From positions 192,001 to 256,000 of the IMG/VR virus record IMGVR_UViG_3300043177_000122: a stretch of DNA of 64,000 nucleotides; one strand, 5' to 3'. The notes under the pieces are model-generated. The model was not told the DNA's origin. It searched no databases and saw nothing but the letters and a program-made list of their open reading frames with translations. Position 1 is the first letter of the stretch. Each line of letters starts with the position of its first letter. This document shows, in pieces, positions 29,419 to 38,224 of the stretch. This DNA comes from a virus. Its lineage: Duplodnaviria; Caudoviricetes. The translations under genes were made by a program, and so were the position numbers.

Positions 29419-30117
29419 GTGGATACCATTTTAAGGCTGGTCCAGGTGGGCAACACTTTGCCCGTCAGTTTCATTGTTGATCCATCCGCGGAATTTCAGC
29501 CGGGCCAAATTGCAGAATTAACAGTTATTGGTAATCAAGTTATGGCTACCGTTAGTAACGGAACGGCTCCTATTGGCGTTATCGATGATATTAAAACCAA
29601 GGCATTTACCAATGTTTCATGGAACGAAACAGTTATTGTTCCTGCTGTTGGTGTTCCTGGACCAAACAACACTTTAGTTACACCAGTTGATATAAAAGCC
29701 GAATTAAGAAAACCAAATATTGTTCCATCCAGTTTTAATTCTACTGTTAATGTAGTATTAAATCCTGTGAATGGAATTATTACTTTTGTGGCCGGCACTC
29801 TATTAAATTTTGATTTATCAGGTACAGGGCAGCCAAATGCCATCAAAGCAATTGTTAATTATACTTATCAAGTAGCTAATATTCCAGGAGATGATAGTAC
29901 TGCCGGTTCTGGTAGAATGACTGTTTGGTATGAAAGAATGTTTTTTCAAACTGACCAGTATGAAACCAATCAACAATATCCAGTTCGTGCTAATTTATAT
30001 GTTAGTGAAAATGGATTTTTGACTACTCGTAGACCAAGCCCAATTCATCCGGCCGTAGGTATGGTTACTGCGCCCCCTACTCCAATGAATCCCATGATTG
30101 AGGTTTTGTGGTTTTGA
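29419..30117 (+). CDS. Capsid cement/decoration-like protein, paralog of 37343..38095
   Basis: ILRLVQVG vs ALKLLQPG; GSGRMTVW vs GSGKTTCW; GFLT vs GLLT; start uncertain. Confidence 0.55.
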   Translation: MDTILRLVQVGNTLPVSFIVDPSAEFQPGQIAELTVIGNQVMATVSNGTAPIGVIDDIKTKAFTNVSWNETVIVPAVGVPGPNNTLVTPVDIKAELRKPNIVPSSFNSTVNVVLNPVNGIITFVAGTLLNFDLSGTGQPNAIKAIVNYTYQVANIPGDDSTAGSGRMTVWYERMFFQTDQYETNQQYPVRANLYVSENGFLTTRRPSPIHPAVGMVTAPPTPMNPMIEVLWF

Positions 30118-30762
30118 CTTGACGCGTCATTGTTTGACGCAGTTATACAAATACTTTGCAAGATATCCAGAGCAAACTGTACAATATATTCATTATGCAA
30201 TGTCAAAATACGGTGTTGATAATTTTGTTTTTGAGCCGATAGCCACTTGTAAAACTCAAGAAGATACGGATGAAGTAGAGTCTCTTTTAATTATCCAGTA
30301 TGATAGTAGAAATAAAAACAAAGGGTACAATTCAAGAATTGGTGGAATAGAGGGCGGCCGTGGCGCAATTTCTGATGAAACTAAAGAGAAAATACGCCAA
30401 GCCACTATTCGACAAATTGCTGAAAAGGACATCCTGCTGCTGGTCGTATAGTTTATCAAGAGACCCGTGAATTGATGCGTAAAATCAGACTTGAAAACCC
30501 AATTGAATACACTGAAGAAATTCGACAACACATGTCAGAAGTTCACATTGGAATCAAAGACTCCGAAGAAACCAAAGCAAAGAAATCCGAAAGTGCCAAA
30601 GAAGCTTGGGATAAACGAATTGATTATTCTCGAAAATGCGATGCTCCTGGTTGCGAGGTCTCAGGCAAAGCAAAATACAAGATAATCAATGGAATTCGTT
30701 ATTGTAACAAGCATGGTTTGCGACTACTGCGCTATAATAGATTAGATTGTTTAAGCGACTAA
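30098..30762 (+). pseudogene. Degenerate GIY-YIG homing endonuclease (N-terminus missing, frameshift near 30423-30426)
   Basis: IHYAMSKYGVDNFVFE...GYNSRIGG core without GIY-YIG motif; adding one A joins 30098..30451 to 30472..30762 (EKGHPAAGRIV...). Confidence 0.7.
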
Positions 30763-30774
30763 TATCGCAGTATA
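30760..30774 (+). promoter_or_regulatory. Putative phage late promoter
   Basis: TAATATCGCAGTATA, 14/15 identical to 22782. Confidence 0.5.
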
Positions 30775-30805
30775 TTATAGACAATCTACTCATTTGAGGA
30801 CCACA

Positions 30806-32080
30806 ATGACTTTTAAACACATGAAATTTGAGGATTCTCCAACAATGCGTGCCTTGGAAAAGGTTGCTAAGGAGAGAGGTTTGGTTAAGCCAGAAACTCT
30901 TCAAAAGAAGGCGTCTATTGCTAAAAAGGCAGATTATACACCAACTTCTGATCTAATGGAAAATATTTTTAAGCTATGTTCTGGTTTAAGAGCATCTGGT
31001 CTGGAAAAAGAAGCACTTGAGATTGAGACCAGTTATTTTAACTACAAACGTGCTCAGACTCTTTATGAAACTTCAAAAGAAAAAGGCGAAGACCTAGTTC
31101 AATCAGCTCACCCAAAAGGTAGTCATAAATTAGAAGGTGTTGAAGGCGACGAGGCAACTATTGAAGATATTCTTGATCAACATCTTAAAATGATGAAGTC
31201 TGTTGAAAAGAAACCTACTGGTAAATTATCTTCTTCTCGTGCCATTCTTAATGCAGTTAAGGTAGTTTTAGCTCAAGAAGTGGCTCCAGAAGAAACCGAA
31301 GAAGAATTAAGTCGACAGCTTATTGCACAAGCCACTAAAATTATCCCTATGATCAATAGTTTGATTAGTAGACTTAAAGAATATGGAGGCAACGGTTTTG
31401 ATAAAGCTAAGGCTGAAGTATTTGGTAACACTATTACTAGTAATTTAGCTAAGACTCCAATTGGTAGAGAGCAACTAAATATTATTTCAGACAACTGGAG
31501 AAAATTAATCACATGGGCCAGAGGCGCTGGTAAGTTTGGTGGAGATTTTGGTAGTAAACTTGTTCCATGGGAAACGGATTCTGAAAGGGCGGGTGCTCAA
31601 AATTGGAATGCCAATATATCAGGCTATGCTAATAGGGTTGTTGCTGAGATTAATAAACTAGCACCGCTTGTTAATAAGAAGGCAACCATTCAATTTATGA
31701 AAGACAGTGGATCTTATCAAGGTCCAGGCCAGCCAGCTATGGGAGAGGGCGAGGATGATGCTAAACCAAGACAAGGCGTTGTAGTAGTTTTAAATCGTGA
31801 GGCTGCGAATATTGCCTCTATAGCTAATAATGCTTTATCTGATCTTACTAGATGGCAAGGCTGGATCACCATGAAGAGAGATTCTATGAAAAAAGCAGAT
31901 TTCGATACTGCAATGGCATGGCTTAAATCTCAATATACTAAGATTGATAATATCAAAAAGCAGTTCATGGAAATGAGTAATGATCCAGAAAGACAAAATC
32001 GTGAAGCTAAAGAGTTTACTAGTATGTTAAACGCACTGATTGCTGAAAATAAAGAGTTCAGAGAGGCATGGTTTCAATAA
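30806..32080 (+). CDS. Hypothetical protein, putative ejection/inner-head; N-terminus paralogous to 35929..37194
   Basis: GAGG SD; EKVAKERGLV vs VKIAQERGLV; QSAHP vs ENAHP; KKA/S, KRA/Q, VLA/Q. Confidence 0.6.
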   Translation: MTFKHMKFEDSPTMRALEKVAKERGLVKPETLQKKASIAKKADYTPTSDLMENIFKLCSGLRASGLEKEALEIETSYFNYKRAQTLYETSKEKGEDLVQSAHPKGSHKLEGVEGDEATIEDILDQHLKMMKSVEKKPTGKLSSSRAILNAVKVVLAQEVAPEETEEELSRQLIAQATKIIPMINSLISRLKEYGGNGFDKAKAEVFGNTITSNLAKTPIGREQLNIISDNWRKLITWARGAGKFGGDFGSKLVPWETDSERAGAQNWNANISGYANRVVAEINKLAPLVNKKATIQFMKDSGSYQGPGQPAMGEGEDDAKPRQGVVVVLNREAANIASIANNALSDLTRWQGWITMKRDSMKKADFDTAMAWLKSQYTKIDNIKKQFMEMSNDPERQNREAKEFTSMLNALIAENKEFREAWFQ

Positions 32081-33231
32081 TGAGTAACACTATATTTAAG
32101 AAGGGGGCAGTACCAAAACCATCTGGTGGACCAATTGCCGCCCCAAAAACTGATACTCCTCCTCCAAAAACTGATGGAGATGCTACTACTCCACCTACTA
32201 CCGCTGTACCAAAACCAGGCCAGTCTTCACAGTCAGCTAAGCCTACCGGTGGAGGAGGATATTACATTAATCCAGCTATCAAAGCAATGCAAGATGCAAT
32301 GCAACGATTTGCTGCCGGTGTAACTAAGTATTCTTTCAAGAAAACTAAACCAGGTGAAAAGCCAGTTGTAGATGACTCAAAAAAGCCATTTAATGATTTC
32401 ATTACCGAACAGTATATGGCAGATTCTCCTATCAAAGGCCAAGAGTACTCTACTGACCCAAATCGTCAAAAGTTACAAGAAAAACAGCCAACTGATTTAA
32501 TTGAGATGAATAATGTTATTGATGGTCTCAAAAGAATTGGCTCTCCTGGCACACCACCAGGTAGTGAATTAAAGGCTGATAGTATTTGGGATTTTAGAAC
32601 TAACAACGCACTCAAAAACATTTATGCCTTTGCTTATGCTTTAGTTAATCTATCTAAAGATTTTGGAAGGACTAATATACAATCTTTTAATGATGATGAT
32701 TTAACAAAAATGTCGGAGCTTATTCCAAAAGAAGATAATCCTGCCAACTTACCTGCGGCTGAAAAAACTGCTAAAGCAAAAGAACTAACTACATTAATCA
32801 ATAAACTATCTAATTTTTATTCTTACTATGTAGATGCTATTGCTCAACATCCAGCTTATGTAAGACATATTATTGGAGAAGAACCCCTAATTACTATCAA
32901 GCCGGGTGGTGGAGACCCTATTGCATTTACGCCTGAAGAGCAGAAGATGATGCAAAATGTAGATCAATTGACAGTAAATTTTGGACAAGGTCCATTGCCG
33001 TTAAGCGCTCTCAAAAATCTCAATTTTTTTAGAGAATTTTTGACTGAGAATATGAAGTATCAACCAAATCAAACTAGCAATCCAAAAATACTATTAGCTT
33101 TTCTAAAATCATTTTCCGATTTTGCAGATCAAGCTATTCAAAAAGCTCAATTAAAGGCCACGCCACAACCTAAGCAGCAACTTGATGCAGGTACGCCACT
33201 TAGTGGTACCGGTCCAGTCAGACAAGTATAA
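32080..33231 (+). CDS. Hypothetical protein, putative ejection/inner-head
   Basis: TAATG coupling; FKKGA/V then Pro/Thr-rich segment. Confidence 0.6.
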   Translation: MSNTIFKKGAVPKPSGGPIAAPKTDTPPPKTDGDATTPPTTAVPKPGQSSQSAKPTGGGGYYINPAIKAMQDAMQRFAAGVTKYSFKKTKPGEKPVVDDSKKPFNDFITEQYMADSPIKGQEYSTDPNRQKLQEKQPTDLIEMNNVIDGLKRIGSPGTPPGSELKADSIWDFRTNNALKNIYAFAYALVNLSKDFGRTNIQSFNDDDLTKMSELIPKEDNPANLPAAEKTAKAKELTTLINKLSNFYSYYVDAIAQHPAYVRHIIGEEPLITIKPGGGDPIAFTPEEQKMMQNVDQLTVNFGQGPLPLSALKNLNFFREFLTENMKYQPNQTSNPKILLAFLKSFSDFADQAIQKAQLKATPQPKQQLDAGTPLSGTGPVRQV

Positions 33232-33239
33232 GGATACCA

Positions 33240-34778
33240 ATGTCTTTTATTTATGACGATCTAAAATTACTAAAATCTCTAATAGTTGCTGGGGAGAAGT
33301 CTATCCAAAAGCGTGGTCAACAAACCGATCCACAACAACTAGCTACTCTTGTATTAGCTAAGAAGATGGCTCAGCAATTGATGCGTCAAGTAGATCCTAA
33401 TTCTGTACCAAAAGCTACGGCACCTATTGGAAGTGAGTTAGGTGAAGGAGCGACACCCGAATTAGATCGTAAAAATTTAGAAAGTCTTGGAGACTTTCTA
33501 AAATGGGCCTCTGATAATGCCATTACTTGGGATGGTAAGAGAGTTGCTTACGTTTATAACGATCCAAACCAACAAGGCCCGGTTGGTTATTGGAAATTCC
33601 TTACTTATAAAATTGATCGAGAGAGGGACCCTTATGATAGAACGGCCATTCAGGTTCCAGCTTATGCTGACAAAGATGCTCTTATCAAGCTTATTACTTA
33701 TTTAAGAGACTCTCAAGAGGCTAAGACTGAAAAAGTATTTGCTGTTATGTTGGGACGCCTTATTAATCAAACAAATCAGTTTTTGGAAAAGACTGAGCAA
33801 ATTGGTCCACGTACTGAACAAAAGCCAGCCGAAGCATTCAATGCAAATGATGTAGTTGATGGTTTTAAAGATACGACCATTAACATCAAAGATCCATATG
33901 CTGGAATTCAAGAATTTATGAAAGCAACTGACCCAAATATGATTCTCAATAGAATGACTTGGAGAGATGTTAGCTCTAAAGCTGGCTTAATAGATTGGCT
34001 TCGTGGTATGAAATTTATTGGAGAAGATGGTAAACCATATGATCCAACGGCCCCAGGAGTAGACCCATGTGGAGCAATTCATGTTCTTTACTTACGTGCT
34101 AAATATCTATCTCAGTATGCTACCGATAGACTACGTCCAGGTTTTTCTAAGCTTGAGCAAGCATACTTAAAACAGATTCAAACTCTGGGCCCACAGTTTG
34201 ATTTTAATGATCAAGCTTGTGCAGTAACCAAACCAGGAACTATTACTCCTCAACAGCCGGGTCAGCCGGGTCAGCCAGGCCAGCAAGGACAAAGTGGACA
34301 GCCTGGAAAGATTAGTCCGCAAGCACTTCAGCAATTAGCTGCGCTACGACCATTCCACACAAACAATATTGATTTTAGAGAAATTAAACTATTCTTAGAT
34401 CGATACAATCAACTAGCTAACAAGCCAGGTATTGATGCTATGATTGGTCAAATTAAGCACTCTATGGACATGGCTAATCGATTAATGGGAACTGCTGACG
34501 CTCCAATTCAGATTGATAACTTAACTGGCGATCAAGTGAAGGATTGGTCAAATCAACCAATTCCATTGTTGAATATTCTAAATACCATTATTTCATACTC
34601 TGGAAGAGTATACCAGGATTTCTTTAATGAGTTCAATACTATTCTTGGAGAAGATGTCGCGAGACCAGTTGAGCAACAACTTACTGTCCAACAAACTAAT
34701 CTTGGCACAATTTTACGTGTTAGAGATAATCTTATAAGAGAAATACCAACAAGCACTACCCCTAGAGGCAAACGATGA
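33240..34778 (+). CDS. Hypothetical 512-aa protein, putative ejection/inner-head
   Basis: AGGA SD; IQKRG/Q; QPG repeats at 34251-34307. Confidence 0.6.
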   Translation: MSFIYDDLKLLKSLIVAGEKSIQKRGQQTDPQQLATLVLAKKMAQQLMRQVDPNSVPKATAPIGSELGEGATPELDRKNLESLGDFLKWASDNAITWDGKRVAYVYNDPNQQGPVGYWKFLTYKIDRERDPYDRTAIQVPAYADKDALIKLITYLRDSQEAKTEKVFAVMLGRLINQTNQFLEKTEQIGPRTEQKPAEAFNANDVVDGFKDTTINIKDPYAGIQEFMKATDPNMILNRMTWRDVSSKAGLIDWLRGMKFIGEDGKPYDPTAPGVDPCGAIHVLYLRAKYLSQYATDRLRPGFSKLEQAYLKQIQTLGPQFDFNDQACAVTKPGTITPQQPGQPGQPGQQGQSGQPGKISPQALQQLAALRPFHTNNIDFREIKLFLDRYNQLANKPGIDAMIGQIKHSMDMANRLMGTADAPIQIDNLTGDQVKDWSNQPIPLLNILNTIISYSGRVYQDFFNEFNTILGEDVARPVEQQLTVQQTNLGTILRVRDNLIREIPTSTTPRGKR

Positions 34779-35878
34779 TATCCAATAGTGAAGTTAGCTT
34801 TTGTGTTGACACACTACTTGTAGAGACCGTATTAGCGGAACCAAAACTCTACAAAAAGGCTGGCTTCGTCCAAGATCTGCTTGGCAAAGTAAAAGACTAT
34901 TTTAGTCGTCAGATTGATCCTAATAATCCAGTCAAAAGTGTAATTGACATTTTGGCACCTGGCGCATTATGGTTATTATTTCAATCTATTGGAATTGGTA
35001 AGTGGGGTTTTCTACTTGCTACACTTATGGATGTATTCCATGTTGACGTAAGTGGTATGTTAACATCTCTTTGGAACAAAGTCAAAGAAATGATCGGTGG
35101 AGGACAGAAGACTTCGTCAGCAGCAGTTGATGCAGCTACTGAGTCTACTGTACAACAATTTAATGATCCCGCCACTCCACAAGAAGAGCAGCAAGGTATG
35201 ACTATCTTAAAGCAGAAACAAAATCCTACTGAAAATTCAGCAAGTGATCATAAAGTCTATAGTTCACTTGAGCTATTAAAAGATGCTAGAATGTTTAGAC
35301 TAGCTATTATAAACTATGAAGCTCAAACACTTAGACTTACTTCAGAAGGTTTTGATAAAACTGCTGGATTTTTTGGTAGTACTAAATCTAAAGGTGTTAG
35401 TTTACTAGGTAAAATTTTTGGTTGGATTATCAAGTTGGCCTTAGCTTCTGCGGGTTTAATGGTAGCTGGTGATGTTGCCAATGAAGTATTGGGTCGACCA
35501 AGCGCGTTAAGCGGCACATATCAGCGAGGCCAAGAGTCTCAAAATGAAGGAACTAGATCATCTACTCCTCCTAGAGCTACACAAACTAAATTTCCTTTCA
35601 AAGGAGATAGTCCGTTACCACAATCTTTTCCTCTAGTAAATAATGATAGTAATATTGAAAATATGCTAGTTCAATTTACTAAAGACACATACTCTGGTCT
35701 AGATGGTAAAGAAATCTTCATCCGAAACAGTCCGGCTTTTCAGGCTGTTAAAGATGATATTTCTTTCTTTAATGTACATAATCCCAATAGTGCAGCTATC
35801 TTTTTACCAAAGCATTATAGAACTAGAAGAGCTTTAGTAGATTACTATATAGATGATGTGGCTAAAAGCGCCTCATAA
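34775..35878 (+). CDS. Putative membrane-inserting ejection protein
   Basis: Hydrophobic segments LAPGALWLLF...WGFLLATLM and LLGKIFGWIIKLALASAGLMVAG; LYKKA/G, FDKTA/G. Confidence 0.55.
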   Translation: MISNSEVSFCVDTLLVETVLAEPKLYKKAGFVQDLLGKVKDYFSRQIDPNNPVKSVIDILAPGALWLLFQSIGIGKWGFLLATLMDVFHVDVSGMLTSLWNKVKEMIGGGQKTSSAAVDAATESTVQQFNDPATPQEEQQGMTILKQKQNPTENSASDHKVYSSLELLKDARMFRLAIINYEAQTLRLTSEGFDKTAGFFGSTKSKGVSLLGKIFGWIIKLALASAGLMVAGDVANEVLGRPSALSGTYQRGQESQNEGTRSSTPPRATQTKFPFKGDSPLPQSFPLVNNDSNIENMLVQFTKDTYSGLDGKEIFIRNSPAFQAVKDDISFFNVHNPNSAAIFLPKHYRTRRALVDYYIDDVAKSAS

Positions 35879-35928
35879 TTAAGGCATAACATGACATATC
35901 AATACAATTTCTTTTTAGGTGAAACCAC

Positions 35929-37194
35929 ATGAGAAAAAGCGAGATATTTGAAAGTTTTGTTAAGATTGCCCAAGAGAGGGGACTTGTGTCTCAAGCCGAT
36001 GAAAAATCAACTCGTGCTGAGCATACCGAAAAATCTTTTTCTGAGACCAATCCAAGAATGGACTCATTGAGTATTGAACAGATTAGTAAACTATATAATA
36101 CCAAACCACCAGCTCCAAAAGAGATGGAATACAAGCGCAATATTATCGAAAATGCGCATCCAGAGTCAGTTGTTGTTTCACCATCTTATGATAAATTAAA
36201 TGGTCTAGTTGAAAATGAAAATGAAGGTCAAGCTATCCGCGCCCGCATCGTCATGAAATATCCGGACGGTCATTTGACACAGCGTAAATATGCCAAGAAG
36301 AATTTGTTACTTTCTTTGGTTCGAGTTGGCAATGAGCTAGACGCTCGTGATAGTGAAGAACTTCGTAAATTAGCCGATGTTTGTTTAATGCAAGCTAGCG
36401 AAACTTGTTTTCATAAAAAAGCAGTTCCAGTAGTACCGATTGTTATTGGAATTGTGGGTTTAATAGGCGCAGTTTATGCTTATGAGCATATTACAGTGAG
36501 AGAAGGTTTGCAGTTTGATTATAAGGAATTGACAGATAAAATTGTGGCGCTACAAAAAGAAACTATGGAATATGGATTTGGTTATAAGTTTTCTGAAGAG
36601 TTCAATAGATTCTTAGCAGATCTTTCTAGTAAAGTTGTTATGCTTCATGATGCCGTTGTCAATTTTCAAAATGCTATGGCCAAAACATCGTTGCCAAAGA
36701 CTAGTGAAGAGCTTACTGGTCAAAATTTAATTAGTAATGCTTCTTCACCAGAAGGTAAAGCGGTGGAAGTTGCTTATGACAACCTTAAAAAGGTTATTGC
36801 AAATCTAGATCCATACTTTATAAAGGTACATCAAAATCTTAATGACCCAGGTTTTCGTGAAAGAGTGATTCAAGACCGTGGTTTTGTTACTGAATTGATT
36901 GATAGAATCCCAGGATTACGTGGCCAACAGAGAAATGAAGCACTTTTGGGCAATTTATTTAAGGATTTGAATGATTTGGTAGAGAATTACCAAAAAGATG
37001 TGGCTACGATTAAAGAAGGTACCGATAAAGCAACACAACAAGAGCAAAAAGCACAAGCTTTTATGAGTAGAACTCTAACAAATACGCCAGCTCCGACTCA
37101 ACAAGCCCCAGAAAAGTCTGTTCCTGAGAAAAAACCTGAAGATAAGGACGCATTTGATGCTTTAGAGGATGAGTTTAACAAGTTAGTCTCATAA
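35929..37194 (+). CDS. Putative membrane-inserting ejection protein
   Basis: FHKKA/VPVVPIVIGIVGLIGAVYAY followed by coiled coil. Confidence 0.55.
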   Translation: MRKSEIFESFVKIAQERGLVSQADEKSTRAEHTEKSFSETNPRMDSLSIEQISKLYNTKPPAPKEMEYKRNIIENAHPESVVVSPSYDKLNGLVENENEGQAIRARIVMKYPDGHLTQRKYAKKNLLLSLVRVGNELDARDSEELRKLADVCLMQASETCFHKKAVPVVPIVIGIVGLIGAVYAYEHITVREGLQFDYKELTDKIVALQKETMEYGFGYKFSEEFNRFLADLSSKVVMLHDAVVNFQNAMAKTSLPKTSEELTGQNLISNASSPEGKAVEVAYDNLKKVIANLDPYFIKVHQNLNDPGFRERVIQDRGFVTELIDRIPGLRGQQRNEALLGNLFKDLNDLVENYQKDVATIKEGTDKATQQEQKAQAFMSRTLTNTPAPTQQAPEKSVPEKKPEDKDAFDALEDEFNKLVS

Positions 37195-37342
37195 TTCTAG
37201 GCATAGGACTGTATTTTTAAGACTTAAGCTCTTTTTTATCGAAAAACATATCAATAAAGAAGTATGCTTTACAGATTTTGTAAGTAATAGGTGTAAGTAA
37301 CCATGCCCCTTGAGGCATTTGAAGATTAAATAGGAAAATACA

Positions 37343-38095
37343 ATGGCTCTAAAACTTTTACAACCAGGCATTCAGCCTTTAGGTCAGTTTGACGGTCTTG
37401 ACGCAGATGTTCTACAAACCAAGGGTGGCGAAATCGTTACTTTCACTTATGTGAACACTTCTGGTCAACCAGGCGTCTTTACCGCAGGTCAAGATCAGGC
37501 CGCATATGACCAATTTGACGGTTACGTCAACGTCTCTGGTACTTTTAAGCGTCCAGCAGTAACCAAGACCCATGCAGGCACTAACTTTGCCGCTCGTCCA
37601 TTAATGCTATCTGATGATGGTATTCAGGGATATGGCACTCTCTTCGGAGCAGTCGTTGGTGGTGCTGTTGGTCAACAGGTAAACGGTCCAAACAGCTACA
37701 CTGGTGCTGTACTTGGCCCTCACACTGCAACCGGCTCTGGCAAGACCACTTGCTGGGATAAGCCAGGTCTCTATGCAGTATCCTTGGACGCAACTCACTC
37801 CAGCCTGCAGCCAACCAACACTACCCTAACCGGCGGTGATGCTCTAGGCTTTACAACTGGTGGTCTTTTGACTCAGGCAACTAACGCTGCCACTGTTTCT
37901 TCCAACGGTTCTGCTGTTGGCTCTGGTGGTGTCGCTGTTGTTGTTGGTCGTCTAGTAGAGTTCAACACCAACCAGTCCTTGGTAACCACTCCAAATTACT
38001 TGGTTGCTGCTTTGAACAGCCCATCTGGAAACGTCTCCTCTGTACAACCAAGAGCATTCCAGTTCGCAACCATCTACTTTGCTCCACCAGCATAA
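37343..38095 (+). CDS. Capsid cement/head decoration protein
   Basis: Immediately upstream of MCP, Gly/Thr-rich beta protein, high-expression-like codon usage, AGGA SD. Confidence 0.65.
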   Translation: MALKLLQPGIQPLGQFDGLDADVLQTKGGEIVTFTYVNTSGQPGVFTAGQDQAAYDQFDGYVNVSGTFKRPAVTKTHAGTNFAARPLMLSDDGIQGYGTLFGAVVGGAVGQQVNGPNSYTGAVLGPHTATGSGKTTCWDKPGLYAVSLDATHSSLQPTNTTLTGGDALGFTTGGLLTQATNAATVSSNGSAVGSGGVAVVVGRLVEFNTNQSLVTTPNYLVAALNSPSGNVSSVQPRAFQFATIYFAPPA

Positions 38096-38110
38096 GTAAC
38101 TGAATAAACT

Positions 38111-38161
38111 TCTCTAGCCGAGAGGCTGGGGGAGACGTAAGTCTCAAAGTCCTCACGGACT
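38111..38161 (+). promoter_or_regulatory. Three-hairpin RNA structure in the MCP leader
   Basis: TCTCTAGCC-GAGA-GGCTGGGGG, GAGAC-GTAA-GTCTC, AGTCC-TCAC-GGACT. Confidence 0.6.
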
Positions 38162-38224
38162 CCTCTCACCCTTTTAACTGTAAGATAAAGCTGGTAAGAC
38201 TGGCAAATTTTTCTAGGAGAACCT

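Noticed and set aside
17707-34307. Short tandem repeats as CRISPR-like arrays
   Set aside because: In-frame coding repeats without unique spacers; no cas genes
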